Source: Escherichia coli
GTDB lineage: Bacteria > Pseudomonadota > Gammaproteobacteria > Enterobacterales > Enterobacteriaceae
NCBI RefSeq assembly: GCF_044324785.1
Contig: NZ_CP172127.1
Strand: one strand, 5' to 3'
DNA length: 64,000 nt
Part shown: in pieces, positions 46,668 to 59,232 of the stretch
How the letters are laid out: each line of letters starts with the position of its first letter
Numbering within the stretch: the first letter of the stretch is position 1
The notes under the pieces: model-generated
What the model was told of the DNA's origin: nothing
What the model saw: only the letters and a program-made list of their open reading frames with translations
The model's database searches: none
Translations under genes and position numbers: made by a program

Positions 46668-47786
46668 CTACCAGGCCGGGATCATAACCAACAAAACGTA
46701 TCCCACCAGCGCCGCCCACAACAGCATCGGTATTGAATAGAGATGGAAACGCCACCAGATACGGCGATCGTTCGCCATCCGTAACGCAATCAAATTTGCC
46801 AGCGATCCGGGTAATAAACCAAAGCCACCTACGTTAACCGCCCATGCCAGCAGCAACGACGGCGGCACATAATTGAGCAGCAAAATGGTACTCGGCACGT
46901 TACTGATCACCTGCGATAAACCGATTGCCGTTAACCATAACCCGGGTTCAGATAAATGACTCACGTTACCCAACACACCTTGCAACGCTGGAAGCTGGGT
47001 CAGTAAATGGACGTCGATAAACATCGCCATAAACACCAGCAGCAGCGTCCAGTCCACACTCAACACCACGCGACGTGCCAGCAGCGCAAAGCCCGCCGCC
47101 ACAATCACCAGTCCCCACAGCTCTTGTTTTAACTCCAGCGCCGTCAGAAAGACGATATACAGCCCCAGACAACTCCACACCAGCCGCGGTTTCCACTCCG
47201 GAGTTTGCACCCCCGTATGGTATTGGAGTGCCTTTCCAGGGAAACAACACCAGCACAGGAGCAGGAGCGTCAGCATCATTGCGCCAGCCAGTGGTGCCAT
47301 TTGGGCAATAAATCCGGCAAACGAAAGACCAGAACGTCCCCAGATAAGAATATTTTGCGGGTTGCCAATTGGCGTCAGTAGCGAACCAGCGTTGACTGCC
47401 AGCGCCTCAAAAATAATCAGCCGATTAACCGGGATCTCACACAGTCTTTTGAGCGTGATAGTCAGCGGAACAACTATAAACAGCGCGACATCGTTGGTCA
47501 GAAAGGTAGAAAGCAGCGCCGCCGCCAGCACCATAAACATCGCCAGCCGACGCTCCGTAGCAAAGCGGCGCACCATTTTGCGCCCCAGCACATCAAAATA
47601 ACCGCTTAGCTCCACACCTTTAGTCAGCAGCATCAGGCCGCTTAAGGTGATGATGGTGTGCCAGTCGATAGCAGCAGGCCAGGATTTCGGTGCAAAGGGA
47701 ACAAAAAAACTTAATCCGATGCCAACAAGAATTAATAACTGAAAAAAACGATCGCCTTGCAGCGTGCGTAAAAAAGGCAGGCTCAT
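46668..47786 (-). CDS. ybiR: YbiR, putative inner-membrane anion transporter (ArsB/NhaD-type), 372 aa
   Basis: Hydrophobic 372-aa ORF; start overlaps the mntR stop (operon mntR-ybiR). Confidence 0.85.
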
Positions 47787-48250
47787 TTGGCACCGTGTTT
47801 CTGGGTAAACAAACGAAAGGCATCCAGCGTCTCTTCACTAACATGGTGCTCCATGCCTTCCGCGTCGCGACGGGCGATTTCCGGACTGACGCCCAACACC
47901 AACAAGAAATTTTCGACTATCTGATGTCGCTCGCGGCTTTCCTGCGCCAGTTTCTCTCCTTCTGCCGTTAAAAACACGCCACGCCAGGGGATCATTTCAA
48001 TCAGCCCCATGGTTGCCAGCCGCTTAAGCATTTTCGCCACCGTCGGTTGCGAAACCCCCAGACGAGCAGCCATGTCCACCTGACGAGCTTCCCCCACTTC
48101 CCTGATCAAGTCAGAAATCAGCTCAACGTAATCATCAATAAGCTCGCGCCGATGCGCCTCTCTGACCTGGCGGAACCCTTCAACGTGCTCTTCCACGTTC
48201 ACTAACTGCGTCACTTTTTTTGCTGTTGGCGTACCTGCGCGACGACTCAT
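47783..48250 (-). CDS. mntR: Manganese-responsive transcriptional regulator MntR (DtxR family), 155 aa
   Basis: [71 protein letters not shown]... matches MntR. Confidence 0.9.
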
Positions 48251-48338
48251 TGTGCTTCCTCATTATGGTGACGCATACCTAGCGTTCTCATTTCGTGCGC
48301 ACATTGTAAACCAGAGTTGCGAAGGTACAAAAAATTAA

Positions 48339-48382
48339 CGTTTTAGCAATAGCTATATAATATAGCCTGTGCTATATCTGTA
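48339..48382. promoter_or_regulatory. Putative MntR operator(s) in the mntS promoter (tagcaatagctata / atatagcctgtgctatat)
   Basis: AT-rich imperfect palindromes with GC(A/T)...AGC cores upstream of mntS; mntS is an established MntR-repressed gene. Confidence 0.5.
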
Positions 48383-48435
48383 TGTAATGCAATCATCCCT
48401 CAAGGATCGACGGGATTAGCAAGTCAGGAGGTCTT

Positions 48436-48564
48436 ATGAATGAGTTCAAGAGGTGTATGCGCGTGTTTAGTCATTCTCCCTTTAAAGTACGGTTAATGCT
48501 GCTCTCTATGTTGTGCGATATGGTCAACAACAAACCGCAGCAAGATAAACCTTCCGATAAATAG
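48436..48564 (+). CDS. mntS: Small protein MntS (42 aa), encoded within the RybA sRNA locus
   Basis: Translation MNEFKRCMRVFSHSPFKVRLMLLSMLCDMVNNKPQQDKPSDK; RBS aggagg at 48425-48430; divergent from mntR as in K-12. Confidence 0.85.
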   Translation: MNEFKRCMRVFSHSPFKVRLMLLSMLCDMVNNKPQQDKPSDK

Positions 48565-48835
48565 CGGCGTCGCGGTACGCCGCTTCACTCCTGCTTTTAT
48601 GCAGGCACAACGCGTTTTGGTCTGAAAAACCCCACTTTTTGTCGGATTTGCAATCCCCTTCGCAAAAGATTTGTTCGTCAGTAGTTGACCTGAACGGCGG
48701 CTCGCTCTATCTTCTTGCAGCCCTGCGTATATTGCGGCTCGCGGATGCGGACCCCTTTCCCCTCTTCACGCACTCTTGCAGGTATTGACCCTTGACGCCA
48801 GGGTAAGCACATGGCGTTTGTTACGATAGTGGCAT

Positions 48836-50419
48836 ATGAATTTAACCCTCAAAGAATCGCTTGTTACCCGTAGCCGGGTATTTAGCCCGTGGACTGCGTT
48901 CTACTTTTTACAGTCGCTATTAATTAACCTCGGCTTAGGTTATCCCTTCAGTTTGCTCTACACCGCTGCGTTTACGGCTATTTTGCTTTTGCTATGGCGA
49001 ACATTGCCTCGCGTACAAAAAGTTCTGGTCGGTGTCAGTTCGCTGGTGGCGGCTTGTTATTTCCCTTTTGCTCAGGCCTACGGCGCGCCTAATTTCAATA
49101 CATTGCTGGCATTGCACTCCACCAATATGGAAGAGTCGACCGAAATCCTGACGATTTTTCCGTGGTACAGCTACCTGGTCGGCTTATTTATTTTTGCGCT
49201 CGGCGTAATAGCAATCAGGCGAAAAAAAGAGAATGAAAAAGCGCGCTGGAATACCTTCGACAGCCTGTGTCTGGTATTCAGTGTGGCGACATTTTTTGTT
49301 GCTCCCGTGCAAAACCTGGCCTGGGGCGGCGTATTTAAACTGAAAGATACTGGCTATCCGGTATTTCGTTTTGCTAAGGATGTCATCGTCAATAATAACG
49401 AGGTGATTGAAGAGCAAGAACGGATGGCAAAACTGTCCGGAATGAAAGATACCTGGACGGTCACTGCCGTTAAGCCGAAATATCAGACTTATGTGGTGGT
49501 GATCGGTGAAAGCGCGCGTCGCGATGCCCTCGGTGCCTTTGGCGGTCACTGGGACAATACCCCGTTTGCCAGCAGCGTTAACGGTTTGATATTTGCTGAC
49601 TACATTGCCGCCAGTGGCTCCACGCAGAAATCGCTTGGCTTAACGCTCAATCGCGTAGTCGATGGCAAACCACAGTTTCAGGATAACTTTGTCACCCTGG
49701 CAAATCGCGCGGGCTTCCAGACCTGGTGGTTTTCCAACCAGGGCCAAATCGGCGAATACGATACCGCCATCGCCAGCATCGCCAAACGTGCAGATGAAGT
49801 GTACTTCCTGAAAGAAGGTAATTTTGAAGCAGATAAAAACACGAAAGACGAAGCGTTACTGGATATGACCGCTCAAGTGCTGGCACAAGAGCACTCGCAA
49901 CCGCGGCTGATTGTTCTACATCTGATGGGCTCACATCCGCAGGCCTGCGACCGGACACAAGGCAAATACGAAACCTTTGTGCAATCGAAAGAAACGTCGT
50001 GCTATCTCTATACCATGACGCAAACGGACGATTTACTGCGCAAGCTGTACGATCAGTTACGCAACAGCGGCAGCAGCTTCTCGCTGGTTTACTTTTCTGA
50101 CCACGGTCTGGCTTTTAAAGAGCGCGGCAAAGACGTGCAATACCTTGCCCATGATGATAAGTATCAGCAAAATTTCCAGGTGCCTTTTATGGTCATTTCG
50201 AGCGACGATAAAGCGCATCGGGTGATTAAAGCCCGCCGCTCAGCCAATGACTTCTTAGGTTTTTTCTCCCAGTGGACGGGAATTAAAGCGAAGGAAATTA
50301 ACATCAAATACCCGTTTATATCTGAGAAGAAAGCCGGGCCGATATACATCACCAACTTCCAGTTACAGAAGGTAGATTACAACCATCTCGGAACCGATAT
50401 TTTCGACCCGAAACCTTAA
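48836..50419 (+). CDS. opgE: Phosphoethanolamine transferase OpgE (YbiP), 527 aa
   Basis: N-terminal TM segments plus C-terminal sulfatase-like domain; length and position match OpgE. Confidence 0.85.
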   Translation: MNLTLKESLVTRSRVFSPWTAFYFLQSLLINLGLGYPFSLLYTAAFTAILLLLWRTLPRVQKVLVGVSSLVAACYFPFAQAYGAPNFNTLLALHSTNMEESTEILTIFPWYSYLVGLFIFALGVIAIRRKKENEKARWNTFDSLCLVFSVATFFVAPVQNLAWGGVFKLKDTGYPVFRFAKDVIVNNNEVIEEQERMAKLSGMKDTWTVTAVKPKYQTYVVVIGESARRDALGAFGGHWDNTPFASSVNGLIFADYIAASGSTQKSLGLTLNRVVDGKPQFQDNFVTLANRAGFQTWWFSNQGQIGEYDTAIASIAKRADEVYFLKEGNFEADKNTKDEALLDMTAQVLAQEHSQPRLIVLHLMGSHPQACDRTQGKYETFVQSKETSCYLYTMTQTDDLLRKLYDQLRNSGSSFSLVYFSDHGLAFKERGKDVQYLAHDDKYQQNFQVPFMVISSDDKAHRVIKARRSANDFLGFFSQWTGIKAKEINIKYPFISEKKAGPIYITNFQLQKVDYNHLGTDIFDPKP

Positions 50420-50424
50420 AAACA

Positions 50425-50452
50425 AAAATCCGCCCCGAGAGGCGGATTTTTT
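50425..50452. terminator. Bidirectional intrinsic terminator shared by convergent opgE and ompX
   Basis: Hairpin aaatccgccccgagaggcggattt flanked by A-run and T-run. Confidence 0.7.
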
Positions 50453-50467
50453 ATATCACCGAAGTGA

Positions 50468-50983
50468 TTAGAAGCGGTAACCAACACCGGCAATCCAGGT
50501 GCCTACGTCAACGCTACGAATACGGCTCTGCTCGTAAGAGAAGTCCAGAGCAACGTTTTCCATCGGGTTGAACTGCAGACCAGCACCGTAGGAGAAACCG
50601 TAGTCGCTGGTGTCGTGTTTGTAGGTCGGGTATTCAGTGGTCTGGAATTTACCATAACCCACACCCACTACACCGTAGATGCTTGCCCAGTCGTTAATGC
50701 GGTAAGCCGGACCAGCAGTGATGCCGTAGTACTGGTTTTTGTTGTAGTCACCAGAGCTTGCAGTACGGCTTTTCTCGGTGTAAGTGAAAGAACCGATCAC
50801 ACCCAGCGGGCTGTTGTCTTCTTCATAGCGGTATTTCAGGTTGAAACCGCCCATTTTGTTCATTTGGCCCTGAGCGTCGCTCTGTGCGTAACCGCCAGTT
50901 ACGGTAGAAGTCGCAGCTACGGAAGTACCTGCGGTGAAAGCCAGAACTGCGGCCAGTGCTGAAAGACATGCAATTTTTTTCAT
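50468..50983 (-). CDS. ompX: Outer membrane protein X (171 aa)
   Basis: MKKIACLSALAAVLAFTAGTSVAATSTVTGGYAQSDAQGQMNKMGGFNLKYRYEEDNSPLGVIGSFTYTEK...IAGVGYRF matches OmpX including the C-terminal Phe. Confidence 0.95.
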   Translation of the reverse strand: MKKIACLSALAAVLAFTAGTSVAATSTVTGGYAQSDAQGQMNKMGGFNLKYRYEEDNSPLGVIGSFTYTEKSRTASSGDYNKNQYYGITAGPAYRINDWASIYGVVGVGYGKFQTTEYPTYKHDTSDYGFSYGAGLQFNPMENVALDFSYEQSRIRSVDVGTWIAGVGYRF

Positions 50984-51335
50984 AACCACCTCAAATGTGA
51001 TTCAAATAAGTCCTAAGTTTTAAATATATCAAAAATTAATGGGAAACTCTTCGCGATTTGTGATGTCTAACGGGCCATTTCATGTAACAGAACGTTTCCA
51101 TACACCGCTATCCATCTAAATTTAAATCACTTTTTCAGAGAACTGCGTAAGTATTACGCATGTTTTCCCTGTCATTCATCCAGATTATTCCTAATCACCA
51201 GACTAATGATTCCATCAATCCTGGCGCATTTTAGTCAAAACGGGGGAAAATTTTTTCAACAAATGCTCAACCAGCATTGGGTATATCCAGTACACTCCAC
51301 GCTTTACTTAAGTCTAGATATTTGTGGGAGAAAGG

Positions 51336-52223
51336 ATGCCTGGTTCATTACGTAAAATGCCGGTCTGGTTACCAATAGTCATATTGCTCGTTGCCATGGC
51401 GTCTATTCAGGGTGGAGCCTCGTTAGCTAAGTCACTTTTTCCTCTGGTGGGCGCACCGGGTGTCACTGCGCTACGTCTGGCATTAGGAACGCTGATCCTC
51501 ATCGCGTTCTTTAAGCCATGGCGACTGCGCTTTGCCAAAGAGCAGCGGTTACCGCTGTTGTTTTACGGCGTTTCGCTGGGTGGGATGAATTATCTTTTTT
51601 ATCTTTCTATTCAGACAGTACCGCTGGGTATTGCGGTGGCGCTGGAGTTCACCGGACCACTGGCGGTGGCGCTGTTCTCTTCTCGTCGCCCGGTAGATTT
51701 CGTCTGGGTTGTTCTGGCGGTTCTTGGTCTGTGGTTCCTGCTACCGCTGGGGCAAGACGTTTCCCATGTCGATTTAACCGGCTGTGCGCTGGCTCTGGGG
51801 GCCGGGGCTTGTTGGGCTATTTACATTTTAAGTGGGCAACGCGCAGGAGCGGAACATGGCCCTGCGACGGTGGCAATTGGTTCGTTGATTGCAGCGTTAA
51901 TTTTCGTGCCAATTGGAGCGCTTCAGGCTGGTGAAGCACTCTGGCACTGGTCGGTTATTCCATTGGGTCTGGCGGTCGCTATTCTCTCGACCGCTCTGCC
52001 TTATTCGCTGGAAATGATTGCCCTCACCCGTTTGCCAACACGGACATTTGGTACGCTGATGAGCATGGAACCGGCGCTGGCTGCCGTTTCCGGGATGATT
52101 TTCCTCGGAGAAACACTGACACCCATACAGCTGCTGGCGCTCGGCGCTATCATCGCCGCTTCAATGGGGTCTACGCTGACAGTACGCAAAGAGAGCAAAA
52201 TAAAAGAATTAGACATTAATTAA
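51336..52223 (+). CDS. rhtA: Threonine/homoserine exporter RhtA (DMT family), 295 aa
   Basis: ORF from MPGSLRKMPVWLPIVILLVAMASIQGGASLAKSLFPLVG matches RhtA. Confidence 0.88.
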   Translation: MPGSLRKMPVWLPIVILLVAMASIQGGASLAKSLFPLVGAPGVTALRLALGTLILIAFFKPWRLRFAKEQRLPLLFYGVSLGGMNYLFYLSIQTVPLGIAVALEFTGPLAVALFSSRRPVDFVWVVLAVLGLWFLLPLGQDVSHVDLTGCALALGAGACWAIYILSGQRAGAEHGPATVAIGSLIAALIFVPIGALQAGEALWHWSVIPLGLAVAILSTALPYSLEMIALTRLPTRTFGTLMSMEPALAAVSGMIFLGETLTPIQLLALGAIIAASMGSTLTVRKESKIKELDIN

Positions 52224-52232
52224 ATTTACATT

Positions 52233-52260
52233 TCTGCATGGTTATGCATAACCATGCAGA
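52233..52260. terminator. Perfect 28-bp palindrome immediately after rhtA (tctgcatggttatgcataaccatgcaga)
   Basis: Perfect inverted repeat seen directly; likely the rhtA terminator, possibly also a protein-binding site upstream of dps. Confidence 0.5.
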
Positions 52261-52377
52261 ATTTCTCGCTACTTTTCCTCTACACCGTCTTTATATATCG
52301 AATTATGCAAAAGCATATTTATTCCGAAAATTCCTGGCGAGCCAATAAATAAGAATTGTTCTTATCAATATAACTAA

Positions 52378-53025
<648 letters not shown>

Positions 53026-53253
53026 ATCCATCGCTGATGGTGCAGAACTTTAGTACACGATAAAAGCGGCTTCCTGACAGGAGGCCGTTTTGTTTTGTAG
53101 CCCGCCTCAACGCACTTATTTAGTGCATCCATCTGCTATCCCCAGCTGGTTAAGTAAATTTTTTGTATCCACATCATCACACAATCGTTACATAACGATT
53201 GTTTTTTCATCAGGTTTTACGCTAAATAATCACTGTGTTGAGTGCACAATTTT

Positions 53254-53300
53254 AGCGCACCAGTTTGGTGCCCCAGAATGGTGCATCTTCAGGGTATTGC
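53254..53300 (+). promoter_or_regulatory. NtrC (NRI) enhancer sites upstream of glnH (gcaccagtttggtgc and atggtgcatc...)
   Basis: Matches the TGCACCA-N3-TGGTGCA NtrC consensus; established architecture of glnHp2. Confidence 0.7.
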
Positions 53301-53358
53301 CCTATAAATCGTGCATCACGTTTTTACCGCATCTCGATAAATCAATGAGTTGCAAAAC

Positions 53359-53375
53359 TGGCACGATTTTTTCAT
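53359..53375 (+). promoter_or_regulatory. Sigma-54 promoter glnHp2 (TGGCAC-N5-TTTCA)
   Basis: ctggcacgattttttcat matches the -24 GG / -12 GC-type sigma-54 consensus, about 55 bp upstream of the glnH ATG. Confidence 0.75.
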
Positions 53376-53413
53376 ATATGTGAATGTCACGCAGGGGATC
53401 GTCCCGTGGATAG

Positions 53414-54175
<762 letters not shown>

Positions 54176-54204
54176 TAACGCTACGCCTGTAAAGCGCACT
54201 GGCA

Positions 54205-54262
54205 GTTCCCTCTCCCCTCTGGGGAGAGGATTAGGGTGAGGGGCGCAAACCCGCTCCGGGGC
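54205..54262 (+). repeat. GC-rich hairpin-forming element in the glnH-glnP intergenic region (intra-operon attenuator or REP-like element)
   Basis: cctctcccc / ggggagagg inverted repeat followed by gggtgaggggcgcaaacccgctccgggg, seen directly; family assignment uncertain. Confidence 0.4.
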
Positions 54263-54313
54263 CATTAATTACCCTGAATTTGATTATTTACACCACGGTA
54301 ACAGGAACAACAT

Positions 54314-54973
54314 ATGCAGTTTGACTGGAGTGCCATCTGGCCTGCCATTCCGCTTCTGATTGAAGGTGCCAAAATGACCCTGTGGATTTCGGTCCTCGGT
54401 CTGGCTGGCGGCCTGGTGATCGGATTGCTGGCAGGTTTTGCACGCACCTTCGGTGGTTGGATAGCCAACCACGTCGCGCTGGTCTTTATTGAAGTGATCC
54501 GCGGCACACCTATCGTCGTCCAGGTGATGTTTATCTACTTTGCCCTGCCGATGGCGTTTAACGACTTACGCATCGACCCGTTTACTGCGGCGGTGGTCAC
54601 CATCATGATCAACTCCGGCGCGTACATTGCAGAAATCACGCGTGGTGCGGTGCTGTCTATTCACAAAGGTTTTCGTGAAGCAGGACTGGCGCTCGGTCTT
54701 TCACGTTGGGAAACCATTCGCTACGTCATTTTACCGCTGGCATTGCGTCGTATGCTGCCGCCGCTGGGTAACCAGTGGATCATCAGCATTAAAGACACCT
54801 CGCTGTTTATTGTTATCGGCGTGGCGGAACTGACCCGTCAGGGGCAAGAAATTATTGCCGGTAACTTCCGCGCCCTTGAGATCTGGAGCGCCGTGGCGGT
54901 GTTCTATCTGATTATTACCCTGGTGCTGAGCTTTATTCTGCGTCGTCTGGAAAGAAGGATGAAAATCCTGTGA
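54314..54973 (+). CDS. glnP: Glutamine ABC transporter permease GlnP (219 aa)
   Basis: [48 protein letters not shown]... matches GlnP. Confidence 0.93.
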
Positions 54974-55692
54974 TTGAATTTAAAAACGTCTCCAAGCATT
55001 TTGGTCCAACCCAGGTGCTGCACAATATCGATTTGAACATTGCTCAGGGCGAAGTCGTGGTGATTATCGGGCCGTCCGGTTCCGGTAAATCGACCCTGCT
55101 GCGCTGCATCAACAAACTGGAAGAAATCACCTCCGGCGATCTGATTGTCGATGGCCTGAAGGTTAACGATCCGAAAGTTGACGAGCGCCTGATTCGCCAG
55201 GAAGCAGGTATGGTGTTCCAGCAGTTTTACCTCTTCCCGCATCTGACGGCGCTGGAAAACGTCATGTTTGGTCCGCTACGCGTGCGTGGCGCGAACAAAG
55301 AAGAGGCGGAAAAACTGGCGCGTGAGCTGCTGGCGAAAGTCGGCCTGGCAGAACGCGCTCACCACTACCCTTCCGAGCTTTCTGGTGGTCAACAGCAGCG
55401 TGTGGCGATCGCACGCGCGCTGGCGGTGAAGCCGAAAATGATGCTGTTTGATGAACCGACTTCCGCTCTTGACCCGGAACTGCGCCATGAAGTGCTGAAG
55501 GTTATGCAGGATCTGGCTGAAGAAGGGATGACGATGGTGATCGTGACACACGAAATCGGTTTTGCCGAGAAAGTAGCTTCGCGCCTGATCTTTATCGACA
55601 AAGGCCGGATTGCGGAAGATGGCGATCCGCAGGTGTTGATCAAGAACCCACCGAGCCAGCGCTTGCAGGAATTTTTGCAGCACGTCTCTTAA
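54970..55692 (+). CDS. glnQ: Glutamine ABC transporter ATP-binding protein GlnQ (240 aa)
   Basis: [48 protein letters not shown]... Walker A and [15 protein letters not shown]; start overlaps the glnP stop. Confidence 0.93.
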
Positions 55693-55699
55693 CTTCTCA

Positions 55700-55728
55700 G
55701 CCTCCCTTTCCCCCGAAAGGGAGGCACA
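55700..55728 (+). terminator. Terminator hairpin after glnQ (cctcccttt cccccg aaagggagg)
   Basis: Inverted repeat seen directly after the glnQ stop. Confidence 0.55.
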
Positions 55729-55808
55729 CCAGATTCCTCTCATTTAAAATCGCCCCTCCCCCAGCATCTATACTTATCTTTTTGCTCTGTTTTCTCACTG
55801 GAGGAGTC

Positions 55809-58034
55809 ATGCGGTGGATCCTGTTCATCCTCTTCTGCCTGCTGGGCGCACCTGCCCACGCGGTATCCATACCCGGCGTTACAACCACAACGACAACGGA
55901 CTCAACGACTGAACCGGCCCCGGAACCGGATATCGAACAAAAAAAAGCGGCCTATGGCGCACTGGCGGATGTGCTGGATAATGACACCTCGCGTAAAGAG
56001 TTGATCGACCAGTTGCGCACCGTCGCCGCGACGCCCCCTGCGGAACCCGTACCGAAGATCGTGCCGCCGACGCTGGTTGAAGAGCAAACCGTGCTGCAAA
56101 AAGTCACCGAAGTCAGCCGCCATTATGGTGAAGCCCTTTCCGCCCGCTTCGGACAACTTTATCGCAATATCACCGGCTCCCCGCATAAGCCGTTTAATCC
56201 ACAAACCTTCAGCAATGCGTTGACCCATTTTTCAATGTTAGCGGTATTAGTGTTTGGTTTTTACTGGCTGATTCGCCTGTGCGCACTTCCGCTGTATCGC
56301 AAAATGGGTCAGTGGGCGCGGCAAAAAAATCGTGAGCGCAGTAACTGGTTGCAGCTTCCGGCGATGATTATCGGGGCGTTTATTATCGACCTGCTGTTAC
56401 TGGCGCTGACATTGTTTGTCGGCCAGGTATTAAGCGACAACCTGAATGCGGGCAGTCGCACCATCGCTTTCCAACAAAGTTTGTTTCTCAACGCCTTTGC
56501 CCTGATTGAATTTTTCAAAGCTGTACTACGCCTGATTTTTTGCCCAAATGTGGCGGAGCTGCGCCCGTTCACGATTCAGGACGAGAGCGCCCGTTACTGG
56601 AGTCGTCGCCTGAGCTGGTTAAGCAGCCTGATTGGCTATGGCCTGATTGTGGCCGTGCCGATTATCTCTAATCAGGTGAATGTACAGATAGGTGCGCTGG
56701 CGAACGTCATCATTATGCTGTGCATGACGGTCTGGGCGTTGTACCTGATCTTTCGTAATAAAAAAGAGATTACCCAGCATTTGCTCAACTTCGCGGAGCA
56801 TTCGCTGGCCTTTTTCAGCCTGTTTATCCGCGCCTTTGCGCTGGTGTGGCACTGGCTGGCAAGCGCCTATTTTATCGTGCTGTTTTTCTTTTCGTTGTTC
56901 GATCCGGGCAACAGCCTGAAATTTATGATGGGTGCAACGGTGCGCAGCCTGGCGATTATTGGTATCGCAGCGTTTGTTTCCGGTATGTTTTCCCGCTGGC
57001 TGGCGAAAACCATCACCCTCTCGCCACATACTCAGCGTAACTATCCAGAGCTGCAAAAACGGCTGAATGGCTGGCTTTCGGCGGCGCTGAAAACAGCGCG
57101 TATTCTGACAGTCTGCGTGGCGGTAATGCTGCTGTTGAGCGCATGGGGATTGTTCGATTTCTGGAACTGGCTGCAAAACGGTGCGGGGCAGAAAACCGTA
57201 GATATCCTGATCCGTATCGCACTCATTCTTTTCTTCTCGGCGGTTGGCTGGACGGTGCTCGCCAGTTTGATCGAAAACCGGCTGGCTTCGGATATTCATG
57301 GCCGCCCGCTACCCAGCGCCCGCACGCGTACCCTGCTGACGCTGTTTCGTAACGCGCTGGCGGTGATTATCAGTACCATCACCATCATGATTGTGTTGTC
57401 GGAAATCGGCGTCAATATCGCGCCATTGCTGGCAGGTGCCGGGGCATTAGGTCTGGCTATCTCGTTTGGTTCGCAAACGCTGGTGAAAGATATTATCACC
57501 GGGGTATTTATTCAGTTTGAAAACGGCATGAACACTGGAGATTTGGTTACTATCGGGCCGTTGACCGGTACTGTGGAACGGATGTCGATTCGCTCCGTGG
57601 GCGTGCGTCAGGATACCGGGGCGTATCACATCATTCCGTGGTCTTCGATAACCACCTTTGCTAACTTCGTCCGCGGCATTGGTTCGGTGGTGGCAAATTA
57701 CGATGTTGATCGCCATGAAGATGCTGATAAAGCCAATCAGGCACTGAAAGATGCGGTAGCTGAATTGATGGAAAACGAAGAAATTCGCGGGTTGATTATC
57801 GGTGAACCGAACTTTGCCGGGATTGTCGGCTTAAGCAATACCGCGTTTACACTGCGTGTTTCGTTCACCACGCTGCCACTCAAACAGTGGACGGTCCGCT
57901 TTGCCCTCGACAGCCAGGTGAAAAAACATTTCGACCTGGCGGGTGTTCGCGCGCCGGTACAGACTTATCAGGTGCTGCCTGCTCCGGGCGCGGCCCCGGC
58001 TGAACCGTTGCCGCCGGGGGAACCAACGCTTTAA
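55809..58034 (+). CDS. ybiO: Mechanosensitive channel YbiO (MscS family), about 741 aa
   Basis: [18 protein letters not shown] signal peptide, multiple TM segments and a C-terminal MscS domain; the upstream ORF-track extension is rejected. Confidence 0.85.
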   Translation: MRWILFILFCLLGAPAHAVSIPGVTTTTTTDSTTEPAPEPDIEQKKAAYGALADVLDNDTSRKELIDQLRTVAATPPAEPVPKIVPPTLVEEQTVLQKVTEVSRHYGEALSARFGQLYRNITGSPHKPFNPQTFSNALTHFSMLAVLVFGFYWLIRLCALPLYRKMGQWARQKNRERSNWLQLPAMIIGAFIIDLLLLALTLFVGQVLSDNLNAGSRTIAFQQSLFLNAFALIEFFKAVLRLIFCPNVAELRPFTIQDESARYWSRRLSWLSSLIGYGLIVAVPIISNQVNVQIGALANVIIMLCMTVWALYLIFRNKKEITQHLLNFAEHSLAFFSLFIRAFALVWHWLASAYFIVLFFFSLFDPGNSLKFMMGATVRSLAIIGIAAFVSGMFSRWLAKTITLSPHTQRNYPELQKRLNGWLSAALKTARILTVCVAVMLLLSAWGLFDFWNWLQNGAGQKTVDILIRIALILFFSAVGWTVLASLIENRLASDIHGRPLPSARTRTLLTLFRNALAVIISTITIMIVLSEIGVNIAPLLAGAGALGLAISFGSQTLVKDIITGVFIQFENGMNTGDLVTIGPLTGTVERMSIRSVGVRQDTGAYHIIPWSSITTFANFVRGIGSVVANYDVDRHEDADKANQALKDAVAELMENEEIRGLIIGEPNFAGIVGLSNTAFTLRVSFTTLPLKQWTVRFALDSQVKKHFDLAGVRAPVQTYQVLPAPGAAPAEPLPPGEPTL

Positions 58035-58960
58035 CGCTGGCGATTGACAAAACGGCGGCGCTGCTCGTCGTTCATAAAGGTCCAGGCAATAAAGCGACTC
58101 TGCTTTTGCCCCTGGGCCATCTCTTTTTTAACCACCTTCACCGCGCCCACGTCCGTCAGGGCACGATACAACGGCGGTAAGTTTTCACCACGAGATACCA
58201 GTGAGGTAAACCACATCACCTGCTTCGCGAAGCCTTTGCTCTCTTCAATCATCTTTTTGATAAAGGTGACTTCACCGCCTTCACACCACAACTCCTGTTG
58301 CTGGCCGCCAAAGTTCAGTGCATCGTCTTTGTTTAGCCCCAGGTTACGGCGTTTACGTTCACTACCTGCCCGTGCCGCAGCGGCGGAATCGTGGAATGGC
58401 GGGTTACACAAGGTCGCGTCGTATTGCTCGTTTTTATGGATGATGCCGTTAAAAATCGCCCCACTCTCTTTTTGCCGACGCAGACGAATGGCGCGGTTAA
58501 GCCCCGGATTAGCACTGATGATCGCCTGCGCACTGCTTAACGCCTGGCTGCTGGTTTCACTACCAGTAAAACGCCAGCCATATTCATGTACGCCAATCAG
58601 CGGGTAAATACAGTTCGCACCAACGCCGATATCCAGAATGCTGGCATTAGCTGGAATTGTTCCGCTTGCTTCTGCCAGTAAATCGGCAAGGTGATGAATA
58701 TAATCCGCCCGGCCCGGTACTGGTGGGCAGAGAAAACCGTCGGGGATATCCCAGTTCGCTACGGCGTAAAAATGGGCCAGCAACGCCTTATTGAGCGCCT
58801 TCACCGCCAGCGGATTGGCAAAGTCTACGCTTTGCTCCCCGGCGGGTGTAAGCGTGAGGAATTGCCTGAGTTCAGGATTGACCTGACAAAGCGTGGCGAG
58901 ATCGTAGCGGCTGTGATGACGGTTGCGCGGATGCAACCCCGGTTTCTGGGCGGACATAGC
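58031..58960 (-). CDS. rlmF: 23S rRNA m6A1618 methyltransferase RlmF (YbiN), 308 aa
   Basis: ORF from [34 protein letters not shown] with the SAM-binding NPPF motif (LCNPPFHDS). Confidence 0.88.
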   Translation of the reverse strand, partial: AMSAQKPGLHPRNRHHSRYDLATLCQVNPELRQFLTLTPAGEQSVDFANPLAVKALNKALLAHFYAVANWDIPDGFLCPPVPGRADYIHHLADLLAEASGTIPANASILDIGVGANCIYPLIGVHEYGWRFTGSETSSQALSSAQAIISANPGLNRAIRLRRQKESGAIFNGIIHKNEQYDATLCNPPFHDSAAAARAGSERKRRNLGLNKDDALNFGGQQQELWCEGGEVTFIKKMIEESKGFAKQVMWFTSLVSRGENLPPLYRALTDVGAVKVVKKEMAQGQKQSRFIAWTFMNDEQRRRFVNRQR

Positions 58961-59232
58961 ATTCTCCTTTAAGCAGCGGCGTAAGATACCCGCATAACGC
59001 GACAGGGTAAATATCTGGCTGCGTTTATCATTCCCCAAAACCTTAACATGGCTATGGTTTATGGCAATTCATCATAAAAATCAGCATCATGCATTTCATT
59101 GATTTGTCTTATTTTGTAAAAATATATCGTTCAAAAAATAAGCACATCTCTGTCAATTTTTTGCGTCATTTTCATCGCCCAGGCGACCTACACTTATCAG
59201 GCACTACCCGTTGTATTTATGAGGATGTCATT

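Noticed and set aside
48566-48835. A possible second small ORF or independent sRNA between mntS and opgE
   Set aside because: No convincing start codon with RBS and no clear terminator; more simply explained as the 3' portion of the RybA/mntS transcript and the opgE promoter, but not excluded
53090-53383. 97-aa ORF in the dps-glnH intergenic region
   Set aside because: Overlaps the NtrC enhancer and sigma-54 promoter of glnH; no RBS, and a better explanation exists as regulatory DNA
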